From contig CAIKNO010000330.1 of NCBI GenBank assembly GCA_903828805.1, forward strand, positions 1,096 to 65,095: DNA of 64,000 nt, read 5' to 3'. The position numbers were made by a program, and so were the translations under genes. The notes under the pieces are model-generated. The model saw only the letters and a list, made by a program, of their open reading frames with translations, was not told the origin of the DNA and did not search any database. Positions 17,998 through 26,362 of this stretch are shown here, piece by piece; within the stretch, counting starts at the first letter, position 1, and each line of letters opens with the position of its first letter. This DNA comes from an uncultured Sandaracinus sp. GTDB taxonomy: Bacteria; Myxococcota_A; Polyangia; Polyangiales; Sandaracinaceae.

Positions 17998-19215
17998 ATG
18001 TCGCGCGTTGCAGCAGCTTCGAACACCGACGTGGGCCCGGTGCGCGTCGCGTCGACCCCGGGGCCGACCGGCGGGGGCCGCTGGGTCGCCCTCGATCTGC
18101 TGCGCTTCTGCGCTGTGTTCTTGATGGTGCAGGGGCACACCTTCTCGACGCTCCTCGACCCGGCGGTGCGCGCCGAGCGGTGGTACCGACATCACCTCTT
18201 CGTGCACGGGTACACCGCGCCGATGTTCATGTTCGCCTCCGGCCTCGCGTTCGGGTTCACCACGTTCCGCGCGTGGGAGCGAAACACGCGCCCGGGTCCC
18301 GGCCTGAACAAGCGGCTCAGGAGATACGCCTGGCTGCTGGCGATCGGCTACGCGCTGCACTTGCCCGGACTCTCCTGGCAGGAATTCGCGACCCTCTCTC
18401 CTTCCCGGTTGCGGGCCTTCCTGCAGGTCGACGTGCTGCAGCACACCGGCATCAGCCTCGCCCTCTGTCAGGGCCTCGCGTTCGCGCTGCGCCGCCCCGA
18501 GCGCTTCGCAGCGGCCATCGCCGCGCTGCTCGCGCTCGTGGTGTTCAGCGCGCCCATCGTGTGGGCGTGGACGGGGGTGCAAGCGTGGCCCGTCGGCCTC
18601 GGCGGGTTCGTGAACGGCGCCGAGGACTCGCTCTTTCCGCTCGTCCCGTGGGCCGGCTTCACCTACGCGGGGATCCTGACCGCGTACTTCGCACGCCGCG
18701 CGTCGCGTCCTTCGCACGCGCTCGCGTGGCCCATCGCCGCCGCGGCCGCGCTCGCGCTGCTCGTGCCGATCGCCATCAACCACGCCGGCATCGCCCCCTA
18801 CGGGCGCCACGACTTCTGGAAGACGAGCCCGTTCTATTTCTCCTGGCGCCTCGGCAACGTGATGGGCGTGCTCGCGTTGCTCTGCTTCGCCGAGCAGGCG
18901 CTGGACGCACGCCGCTCAGCGCAGCGACCAGGCGCGCCCGACGGCCCCGTCCTGCGGGTCGTCCGCGCCGTCGGGCAGGAGTCGCTGGTGGTGTACGTCG
19001 CGCACCTCGTGCTGCTGCACGGCTCGGTCCTCAACCGCGGGCTGAAGAGCCACCTCGGCGAGACCCTCTCGCTCGTCCAGGCCACCGCGGTCGCGCTTGG
19101 ACTCTTCGCGTCGATGGTCTGGCTCGCGTGGGCGTGGAGCCGCCTCGAGAAACACCCGCCGAAACCCAAGGACGAAGCGCGCGGGCGCTCGGCCCCCTCG
19201 CTGCGCGCGGCCTGA
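17998..19215 (+). CDS. Acyltransferase-like integral membrane protein (DUF1624 / heparan-alpha-glucosaminide N-acetyltransferase-like)
   Basis: Polytopic protein with the N-terminal block RWVALDLLRFCAVFLMVQGH typical of this family. I chose the start at ATG 17998. The track start at GTG 17992 is equally possible. Confidence 0.6.
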   Translation: MSRVAAASNTDVGPVRVASTPGPTGGGRWVALDLLRFCAVFLMVQGHTFSTLLDPAVRAERWYRHHLFVHGYTAPMFMFASGLAFGFTTFRAWERNTRPGPGLNKRLRRYAWLLAIGYALHLPGLSWQEFATLSPSRLRAFLQVDVLQHTGISLALCQGLAFALRRPERFAAAIAALLALVVFSAPIVWAWTGVQAWPVGLGGFVNGAEDSLFPLVPWAGFTYAGILTAYFARRASRPSHALAWPIAAAAALALLVPIAINHAGIAPYGRHDFWKTSPFYFSWRLGNVMGVLALLCFAEQALDARRSAQRPGAPDGPVLRVVRAVGQESLVVYVAHLVLLHGSVLNRGLKSHLGETLSLVQATAVALGLFASMVWLAWAWSRLEKHPPKPKDEARGRSAPSLRAA

Positions 19216-19229
19216 CGGGCGCTTCAGGC
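19210..19229. terminator. Short hairpin whose arms contain the two convergent stop codons
   Basis: GCCTGA-cgggcgct-TCAGGC, a 6-bp stem with an 8-nt loop. It includes TGA 19213-19215 and TCA 19224-19226. Confidence 0.3.
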
Positions 19230-20738
19230 CGCGAGCAGGTCCTCGGCGAAGGTCCGCGCCAGCGCCATGATCGTGTGCTGCGGGTTCACCCCGAGGTTCG
19301 TCGGGATGACCGACGCGTCCGCGACGACGAGCCCCTCGTGGCCGTGCACCCGACCGTGAACGTCGGTCACCGACGACGCGGCATCCCGCCCCATCACGCA
19401 CCCGCCGAACAGGTGCGAGAGGATCGCGATGTACTTTCGCGGCTCCAGCGGCGCCTGCTCGAGCAGGCCGACCTCGTCCGGGCCGAGCTTGAACGGCATG
19501 CCCTGGATGCCGGGGACGATCGCCCGGGCGCCGGCCGCGAAGTGCTGCTTCGCGAGCAGGATCATCCCTTGCCGGAACCGCTCCATGTCCGGCCGGTCGA
19601 GCGTGTACCGCACGACGGGCCGGTCGCTCCACGGACCGTGCGAGATGGTCCCGACCGACTCTGCGCGCACGGCGTGGCACCACATCCCGACGTGGCGGAA
19701 CTCCGCGAGGCGCTTCATCAGCTCGATGCCGCCGCCGCTGAAGCGCGACGCCACGAGCTCCGGGGGGATCGCGAGGGTCTCGAGCTTCAGCCCGGGGCGC
19801 TCCCGGAACTGCGTGCTCGCCCACCCCTGCGTCGCGCCGGAGTTCATGTCGACGGGCTCGTCGTAGCAGCCGAACACGCCCGTGCCCGGGTGGGCCCGGA
19901 AGAACTTGCCGAGCGCCTTGTTCCGCACCCCGGAGCGCATCAGCAGCACCGGCGAGTGCGTGACCGACGCCGCGACGACGACCGCCTTCCTCGCCCGCAC
20001 GACGAACCCCGCCCCTGCTGCGCGGCTCGCCGGATTCACGAAGCGCCCGCGGACCCCGACGGCCCGGCGGCCCTCGAACATGATGCGCGACACCGGCGCG
20101 CACGACACGATGAGACCGCCGCGCGACATCGTCTCGGGGACGTAGTTCAGGTTCGTGCTCTGCTTGCGGAGCTTCTTGCAGCCCTGAAGGCATTGCCCCG
20201 AGCCCTCGCAGCCCTTCACGTAGCGACGCATGTAGTGGGAGTCCCACCCCAGCGCGTCCGCCCCGGCCTTGGCGAGCAGGTTGGAGCGACCGCGCGAAGG
20301 CGGCGCGGCCTCCTCGACGCAGAGCTCGCGCTCGAGGACGTCCTGATGGGCGAGCATGCGCGTGCGCAGCCCGGACAGCCCGTGGACGGACTCCCACTGC
20401 GCGAAGATATCGTCCGGCGTCCGGACGCAGATGGCGCTGTTGATGACGGTGGTGCCGCCCATCGTCCGGGCCTGCACGACGGGCCAGAACGCGCGGCCCA
20501 TCGTGACCTGCGAGCCCCAGTCGTCCATCAGGTCGCGCATCGAGCCGTACGCCGAGTTCGGGTAGTGCTCCGGGTCGCGCCACGCCCCCGCCTCGACGAT
20601 CGCCACGCGCGCGCCGCCCCGCGCGAGCGTGACCGCCGCGGCCGCCCCTCCCGCGCCGGAGCCGACGACGACGTAGTCCGCCTCGCCCTCGAAGGGCGCC
20701 TCGCCCGCCCCGCGGAACGCGACGTGGGTCCCGCTCAC
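19224..20738 (-). CDS. GMC-family FAD oxidoreductase
   Basis: Track ORF 19224..20819 trimmed to GTG 20736-20738 (GTGA overlap with the upstream stop). It has the FAD fold DYVVVGSGAGGAAAAVTLARGGARVAIVEAG. The GMC C-terminal block is HLFGGCVMG...GLVVADASVIPTNLGVNPQHTIMALA. Confidence 0.85.
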   Translation of the reverse strand: MSGTHVAFRGAGEAPFEGEADYVVVGSGAGGAAAAVTLARGGARVAIVEAGAWRDPEHYPNSAYGSMRDLMDDWGSQVTMGRAFWPVVQARTMGGTTVINSAICVRTPDDIFAQWESVHGLSGLRTRMLAHQDVLERELCVEEAAPPSRGRSNLLAKAGADALGWDSHYMRRYVKGCEGSGQCLQGCKKLRKQSTNLNYVPETMSRGGLIVSCAPVSRIMFEGRRAVGVRGRFVNPASRAAGAGFVVRARKAVVVAASVTHSPVLLMRSGVRNKALGKFFRAHPGTGVFGCYDEPVDMNSGATQGWASTQFRERPGLKLETLAIPPELVASRFSGGGIELMKRLAEFRHVGMWCHAVRAESVGTISHGPWSDRPVVRYTLDRPDMERFRQGMILLAKQHFAAGARAIVPGIQGMPFKLGPDEVGLLEQAPLEPRKYIAILSHLFGGCVMGRDAASSVTDVHGRVHGHEGLVVADASVIPTNLGVNPQHTIMALARTFAEDLLAA

Positions 20739-21127
20739 GAGGTCCTCCAGGTCGTCGGATCGGCCTCGAGCGGTGCGAGCGCGAAGCGCTTGCGCACCTC
20801 GGGGTGTCCGCCCCAGCACAGTCCGGCCGCGAGCTTCACGATGAAGATGGCCTGACGCACGAGGTAGAGGTTGGTCGTCGTCACGCGGTAGGCGTGCTTG
20901 TCGCGCAGCGACGCCGGGAGCAAGAACGCCGGCAGGGGCACGAAGACCGTGATCATCGGCGTCAGGTGGAACACCACCGCGCCGAGCACGACCCCGAGCC
21001 AGAGCAGCGGGGTCGCGTCGGCACGGAAGCGCACGAGGAAGCCGTCGATGTCACAGTCCTCGGCGCCGGGCAGGTCCGCCGTCCGTGGATACATCGCGAC
21101 GATCGCAGACCGAACGAGCCAGTTCAC
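20735..21127 (-). CDS. Small hypothetical membrane protein coupled to the GMC oxidoreductase
   Basis: Only the last ~130 aa of track ORF 20735..21544 are protein-like, with two predicted TM helices (LLWLGVVLGAVVFHLTPMITVFVPLPAFLL and AIFIVKLAAGLCW). The first in-frame start after the upstream stop is GTG 21125-21127. The start is uncertain. Confidence 0.55.
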   Translation of the reverse strand: MNWLVRSAIVAMYPRTADLPGAEDCDIDGFLVRFRADATPLLWLGVVLGAVVFHLTPMITVFVPLPAFLLPASLRDKHAYRVTTTNLYLVRQAIFIVKLAAGLCWGGHPEVRKRFALAPLEADPTTWRTS

Positions 21128-21179
21128 GGACTCGATGATGGGGGTGTTCGCGCGGGCCGTCGAGCGGAACCTCGTGGGC

Positions 21180-23918
21180 TCATCCCGGGCAGCGGGCCTC
21201 GAACTGCGCGAACGTCTCGTCCGCGCGGGGCACGTCACAATCGGCCGCGGGCGCCGAAGGAGCCGGGGCGGCCACGGGCGCCGCCTCCGCGGGCGCGGCC
21301 CCTCCGGGCGGACAGCGCTGCTCGAACTGCTCGAACGACTCGTTGTCGCGGGGCACGTCACAGTCGGACGAGGGCGCCGCCGCGCCGCCACCCTGGGCAC
21401 CACCACCCGAGCAGCGGGCCTCGAACTGATCGAACGTCTCACCATCGCGCGGCACGTCGCAGTCGGCGCCGCCCTCGGCACCGCCCTCGCCTTCCGGCGC
21501 AGCCGCGGGCTCGGAGGGCGAATCCGCGCCGGCGCCCGGCGCATCGCCCTCGCGCGAGGGCTCGGCCATCGCGAGCGGCGTGTAGTCCGGGATGAGGCCC
21601 AGGGTGAGGCTCGGCACGTACGTGGTGATCATCAGCGCGGTCGCGAACACCCCGATGAACGGCAACACGACGCGGTAGAGGTCCGGCACCGGCCGTCCGA
21701 ACCGGAAGCCCGCGATGAACAGGTTCAGGCCCATCGGCGGCATCAGGTAGCCGATCTCGAGGTTCAGCAGGAACACGATGCCGAGGTGGTACGGGTCGAT
21801 GCCGAAGTGCAGCGCCATGCCCATGATCAGCGGCACGATCACGACGATCGCCGAGAAGATGTCCATCAACATCCCGACGATCAGCAGGAACACGTTGAGC
21901 GCGAGCAGGAACGCGATCTTCGAGTCGATGAAGCCGCCCGCGCTCTGCCCCTCGCGCGCGAGGGCATCGACCGCCTCGCGGCAGCTGCCGAGCACGTCCG
22001 AGTGCGCGGCGAGGTAGGCCTGGGCCGGCGGCCCGCAGGTCAGCGCCTCGAAGAGATGATCCGCGGTCTGCGCCTGCACGAAGTAGAACGTCAGCACGGT
22101 CGCCGCGCAGAGCTTCACGAAGATGGCGCCGACGAGCACCATCGAGTCCGGGATGATGCGGGGCACGTCGCGCAGCAGCGAGAGGTCGCGGTAGACGAAG
22201 ACCTCGACGACGAAGACGTACGCCGCGGTGAGCGACGCGGCGCCGAGGGGCCCCGCATAGCGGAGCCCGAGCAGCACGACGATCGGCAACGCCAGCTCCC
22301 ACTTCGCTTCCCAGAGCGCGGCCATGGCCTCGCGGGTGTCGAACGCGGAGCGCGGCACCTTCGACATCACGCCGATCACCATCGAGTAGGCGATCATCAG
22401 CACGATGACGAGCAGCCCAGGCAAGAGGCCCGCCCAGATCATCTTGTTGAGCTCGACCCGCTCGACGCCCGGCGGCATCTCCTGCAGGCCGGCGACGATG
22501 CCGTACACGATCAGCGGCAAGCACGGGAAGAACGTGATCCCCAGCGCGCCGCCGCTCGTCACGAGCCCGAGCGAGAAGCGCTCCGGGTAGCGGTCCTTGA
22601 GCAGCGCGGGGAAGAGCAGACCGCCGATCGCGACGATGGTGATGCCGCTCGCGCCCGAGAAGACGGTGAACCCGGCGGAGGCCAGCACGCACACGACCGC
22701 GAGCCCACCCGGGAGCGAGCCGAGCATGGCGCGCGCCACCCGCACGAGGCGCTGGGGCGTGCCGCTCTCGCTCATGAGGTAGCCCGCGAGCGTGAAGATC
22801 GGGATGGTCGGAAGCACGCTCATGCGCGCGAAGTGGTTGCCGAGCACGTCCTCCACGGCGCTCGCGAGCGGCGTCGAGGGCACGTCCGCCGAGCCGTGCA
22901 CCCAGAGGAAGAGGGCCATGCCCCCGAGGAACGTGAAGAGCGGCGCGCCCATCAGGGCCATCACCGCGAAGAACACGATGCCTGCGGCGATCGACACGTT
23001 CGCGATGTTCTGCACGCCGACGTAGGCCGCGCCGAGCAGGACCACCATCCCGGCGAGCGCGGTGACGGTGGGCATCGGTGCGGCGAGCGCGAACTCCTCC
23101 TCGGTCGGAACGGTCGCGGCGGCCGACCCGTGCGTGCGCATCCGGAGCGCGAGGGGAACGGCGAGCGTCAGCGCGGACAGCACGGCCCCCGCGAGCACCG
23201 GCAAGAAGGCCGTGCTCCCGGCCGAGAGCGCGACGGGAACCACCAGCACGGCGAGCGCGATCCCGATCTCCACCGGCCCGGCCTGCTCGAACGGAGCGAC
23301 GCGGAGCGCCTCGCCCGGCGCGGTCGGCGCGGGGGCCGTGCCCACCTTGATCGACCCGGCGCCGGCGGCCGCGAGCAGCTCGTGAAATCCGTGCAGCAGC
23401 AGGCGCACCGCGATGAGCGCGAACCCCGCGGGGATCATGAACTGGAACTGGTAGCCCCGGTCGACCCGGGCGCCCTCGATGCCCGAGCTGGACATCGACT
23501 CGATCTGAAGGTCGACGTTGTGCCCTTGCTCGACCAGCGCGGCGTACACGCCGTACGCGAGCGCGGCCGCCACCACGCTCCCGAGCGTGCTCGCCACCGC
23601 GACCACGACCCGCCGCGGTCGGTCCGGCAAGAGCCGTCCGAGCGCGTCGATGGCGAGGTGCTTGCGCCCGCGCGTCGCGAAGCTCGCGCCGAGGAACGCC
23701 GCCCACACGGTCCCGTTCATCAGCGCGTCGTCGACGGCCCGGGTCACGTCGTTCTGGATGGAGAACGCGGCACCGGCGGCGCCGAGTACCCCCATCGTGA
23801 TCATCACGAGCACGACCACCACCGAGAGCGAGCTCTCGGCCAGCAGCAGGCCGCGATCGACCAGATCGAGGGGCTTGAGGAAAGGAGCGGGTTTTGCGGA
23901 GGGTGCTGCGCCGGCCAT
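21180..23918 (-). CDS. TRAP transporter fused small/large (DctQ-DctM type) permease with C-terminal triple Cys-pair repeat tail
   Basis: DctQ-like N-terminal helices, then DctM-like blocks (PIFTLAGYLMSESG, GGLAVVCVLASAGFTVFSGASG, PPMGLNLF). I prefer the start at ATG 23916-23918. The track start at 23960 is a TTG lying inside an intercistronic hairpin. Confidence 0.85.
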   Translation of the reverse strand: MAGAAPSAKPAPFLKPLDLVDRGLLLAESSLSVVVVLVMITMGVLGAAGAAFSIQNDVTRAVDDALMNGTVWAAFLGASFATRGRKHLAIDALGRLLPDRPRRVVVAVASTLGSVVAAALAYGVYAALVEQGHNVDLQIESMSSSGIEGARVDRGYQFQFMIPAGFALIAVRLLLHGFHELLAAAGAGSIKVGTAPAPTAPGEALRVAPFEQAGPVEIGIALAVLVVPVALSAGSTAFLPVLAGAVLSALTLAVPLALRMRTHGSAAATVPTEEEFALAAPMPTVTALAGMVVLLGAAYVGVQNIANVSIAAGIVFFAVMALMGAPLFTFLGGMALFLWVHGSADVPSTPLASAVEDVLGNHFARMSVLPTIPIFTLAGYLMSESGTPQRLVRVARAMLGSLPGGLAVVCVLASAGFTVFSGASGITIVAIGGLLFPALLKDRYPERFSLGLVTSGGALGITFFPCLPLIVYGIVAGLQEMPPGVERVELNKMIWAGLLPGLLVIVLMIAYSMVIGVMSKVPRSAFDTREAMAALWEAKWELALPIVVLLGLRYAGPLGAASLTAAYVFVVEVFVYRDLSLLRDVPRIIPDSMVLVGAIFVKLCAATVLTFYFVQAQTADHLFEALTCGPPAQAYLAAHSDVLGSCREAVDALAREGQSAGGFIDSKIAFLLALNVFLLIVGMLMDIFSAIVVIVPLIMGMALHFGIDPYHLGIVFLLNLEIGYLMPPMGLNLFIAGFRFGRPVPDLYRVVLPFIGVFATALMITTYVPSLTLGLIPDYTPLAMAEPSREGDAPGAGADSPSEPAAAPEGEGGAEGGADCDVPRDGETFDQFEARCSGGGAQGGGAAAPSSDCDVPRDNESFEQFEQRCPPGGAAPAEAAPVAAPAPSAPAADCDVPRADETFAQFEARCPG
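21189..21464 (-). repeat. Three coding repeats DCDVPR-x2-E-[TS]-F-x-QFE-x-RC at the permease C-terminus
   Basis: The 18-aa units are DCDVPRDGETFDQFEARC (21411-21464), DCDVPRDNESFEQFEQRC (21312-21365) and DCDVPRADETFAQFEARC (21189-21242). Gly/Ala/Pro spacers separate them. Confidence 0.85.
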
Positions 23919-23946
23919 GGGGGTTCTCGCCTTGTACCGAAAAGAC

Positions 23947-23983
23947 GAGGGCCGCCGCAATCTCCTCGACTGCGACGGCCCTC
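23947..23983 (-). other. Intercistronic stem-loop between the TRAP binding-protein and permease genes
   Basis: GAGGGCCG (23947-23954) pairs with CGGCCCTC (23976-23983), an 8-bp GC-rich stem with a 21-nt loop. It lies in the 88-nt gap between stop 24007 and start 23918. Confidence 0.4.
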
Positions 23984-24006
23984 GGGGGGTGGAGCTGCGG
24001 AGAGGC

Positions 24007-25014
24007 TCAGCGACCGAACGCCGCCACGCGATCGATCAGCGCCTGGTCGGCGACCTGACCGGCGAGCCGACCGCGGATCTGACCGGCGATGCGCAGCCAC
24101 TCGGCGCGCTGGGCCTCGGTCACCGGCTCGACGGTCGCGCCGTGCTCGCCGATGGTGCGGAGGGCTTCCTGCTCGTCGCGGCGGAGATTCCGCCGTGCGA
24201 GCTGGTGGAACTGCGTCGCCGTCTCCTGGAGCACCGTCCGCTGCTCCTCGGTGAGCGACTCCCACTGCCGCTGCCCGATGACCGTGCCGCCGAGCACGAT
24301 GGTCAGCGGCATGTCGGTCATGTGGGTCAGGCGCGAGCACCACTGCAGCGCCAGGCACGGCACCGGCGGGGTGATGACCGTGTCCACGCGTCCGGTCTGG
24401 ATCGCGCCGAGCACCTCGGGCACCTGGAGCGGCACCGGGTTGCTGCGCACGACGTTGTAGAAGGTCGGGATGATCAGGTCGTCGCGCCACACCCACGGGT
24501 GGCGGGTGGCGAAGTCCGCGGGATTGACCGTGCGCTCGGTCGAGAAGATCCGCGACTGACCGACGTCGGCCCAGCCGAGCAGGTGGAAGCCGCCGCCCGT
24601 GAAGCCCTGGTCCATCTCCGACGCGAGCGCGTCGCGCGCGCGGTCGAGCTGGTCGTAGTTGCGCAGGATGCCCGGCATCTGAAACACGAGCGCGGGGCGG
24701 TGGATCTGCGAGAGACCCACGGCCGTGACCGAGCCGGCGTCGAGACGGCCGCCCCGGATCTTGCGGATGACCTCGGACTCGTCGCCCTGCACGCCGCCGC
24801 CGTAGATGCGGAACTGGAGGCCGCGCTCCGTCCGCCTCCGGACCTCGCGGTTCCACGCGTCGAACACGCGCATCCACGTCGAGCCGGGGGGCGCGAGGGT
24901 CGCGAGCGAGATGGTGCGGCCCGCCGCGTCCTGCGCGGTGGTCGGTGGCACGTGGACCGCGAACAGCGAGAACGCCGTCAGCAGCAGGAGCGCGAGCTTG
25001 TGAAAGGTCTTCAT
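24007..25014 (-). CDS. TRAP transporter substrate-binding protein (DctP family, TatP(T)-like)
   Basis: ATG with GAGGTGAG RBS and signal peptide MKTFHKLALLLLTAFSLFAV. Overall DctP-like periplasmic binding-protein sequence. It sits directly between the TatT-like gene and the permease gene. Confidence 0.85.
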   Translation of the reverse strand: MKTFHKLALLLLTAFSLFAVHVPPTTAQDAAGRTISLATLAPPGSTWMRVFDAWNREVRRRTERGLQFRIYGGGVQGDESEVIRKIRGGRLDAGSVTAVGLSQIHRPALVFQMPGILRNYDQLDRARDALASEMDQGFTGGGFHLLGWADVGQSRIFSTERTVNPADFATRHPWVWRDDLIIPTFYNVVRSNPVPLQVPEVLGAIQTGRVDTVITPPVPCLALQWCSRLTHMTDMPLTIVLGGTVIGQRQWESLTEEQRTVLQETATQFHQLARRNLRRDEQEALRTIGEHGATVEPVTEAQRAEWLRIAGQIRGRLAGQVADQALIDRVAAFGR

Positions 25015-25044
25015 GGGGATCTCACCTCGAGAGGAAACGAGCGG

Positions 25045-26064
25045 TCATTCGCTGGTGGCGGCCGCGGCGTCCGCGCCCTCGTCCGCCGGCGCGTCGTCCA
25101 CGGGGATGAACAGATCTTCGATCTGGTCGAGGTACCGACGGGCCCGTCGCTGCGCGAGCAGGTTCGGGATGCGCTGATCGGGGTGGCTGTCGACGTCGAA
25201 GGCGAGCACTTCCTCGAGCAGCGACTGGAACAGCGCGCGGTCCTGCAGCGGCACCGCGCAGAGCTGGGCCTCGGTCACGAGGTAGAGCAAGTTGCGGCGG
25301 CCCGTGGCCTCGATGACCTCGTCGAGCGCCACCTTCGCGTCGGCGGGACGCCCGCCGAGCGCCGGCGGAGCCGCGGCCATCAGCCCCGCACGGAGCGCGA
25401 CCGGTCCGCGGTCCATGTAGTTCGGATCGAGCTCGATGACGCGATCGGCGATCGCGCGGACGTACGCGACGTCGGCGATCGCGCTCATGTCGTCACGGTG
25501 CAGGCCGATGTAGCGCACCCAGTTGTACGCGGCCCAGAAGAGCAGGGGCGCCTGGTCCGACGCGTTGTCGAAGCGACGCAGATGCGCGGTGAACGCCTCG
25601 AGCCCTGCGCGCTGCGCGCCGGCGAAGCCACCGCCTTCGGGATGCGCGCGGTCGAGCTGATCGACCACGACCTCACGACCGCGCAGGTACGCGAGCGACG
25701 CCCGCTCGCGCCAGTGCTCGATCTGCTCCTCCGTCGCGTCGTCGCTGCGCTGCGCCACCTCGTAGTGATCCTCGAGGAAGCCGTAGCCGTAGCTCGCGTA
25801 CGAACGCGCCAGCATCGCGCGGGCGACGGCGTCGTCGGGCTTCACCTCGAGCAGGCCCTCGAGCTGCTGGATCGACGCCGGGAACGCGGCCTCGAGGATG
25901 TCGGGGTCGCGCATGCGCTGCACGCCGGGCGAGGCCCGCCGCATGACGCCGATGGTCGTGCCGGCGGCGAACGCCCCGGAGTCGCAGGCAACGAGGGGGG
26001 CCGCTGCGGGCAACGCGCCGAGGGCGAGCAGGATCCCGAGCATCTTCACAGGGCGGTGGGTCAT
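25045..26064 (-). CDS. TRAP-T-associated TPR lipoprotein, TatT family
   Basis: Track ORF trimmed to ATG 26062-26064. The N-terminus MTHRPVKMLGILLALGALPAAAPLVAC carries a lipobox. The TatT-like helical repeat region includes LLFWAAYNWVRYIG and ends in an acidic tail. Confidence 0.75.
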   Translation of the reverse strand: MTHRPVKMLGILLALGALPAAAPLVACDSGAFAAGTTIGVMRRASPGVQRMRDPDILEAAFPASIQQLEGLLEVKPDDAVARAMLARSYASYGYGFLEDHYEVAQRSDDATEEQIEHWRERASLAYLRGREVVVDQLDRAHPEGGGFAGAQRAGLEAFTAHLRRFDNASDQAPLLFWAAYNWVRYIGLHRDDMSAIADVAYVRAIADRVIELDPNYMDRGPVALRAGLMAAAPPALGGRPADAKVALDEVIEATGRRNLLYLVTEAQLCAVPLQDRALFQSLLEEVLAFDVDSHPDQRIPNLLAQRRARRYLDQIEDLFIPVDDAPADEGADAAAATSE

Positions 26065-26332
26065 CGTCGTGGGGTCTCCGGTCGTCGGTCGTGGCGCGCC
26101 CGCGGCGGAGTGCCCGTGCCGACGCATGCTCCCGGTGGAGCATTCAATCGCGCGAACGAGGCAGCCCCGATGCGGGCGGGGAAGGCGCCAGGGTACAGGA
26201 AACAGCGTCCCCGTGAACGCCTGAACGAGGAAGCTCCGAGCGTCGCAGCGGCCGGGGCCAGCCCCCTCAGCCGCCCGCCCTCAGGACGCACGCCCGGCCG
26301 CAGGAGCTCCGGGCGCGCCGAGCGCGCGGCCG

Positions 26333-26362
26333 CCCCTCAGCCGCCGGCCCCTCAGCCGCCGG
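26333..26362. repeat. Perfect 15-bp tandem duplication CCCCTCAGCCGCCGG x2 containing the stop codon of gene 26352..27377
   Basis: Copies at 26333-26347 and 26348-26362. A third degenerate copy lies at 26263-26277. Confidence 0.8.

Noticed and set aside
26313-26327. The palindrome GCGCGC-cga-GCGCGC downstream of the beta-propeller gene, considered as a terminator.
   Set aside because: It is a 6-bp alternating GC stem with a 3-nt loop and no T-run. Such low-complexity palindromes are expected by chance at this GC content.
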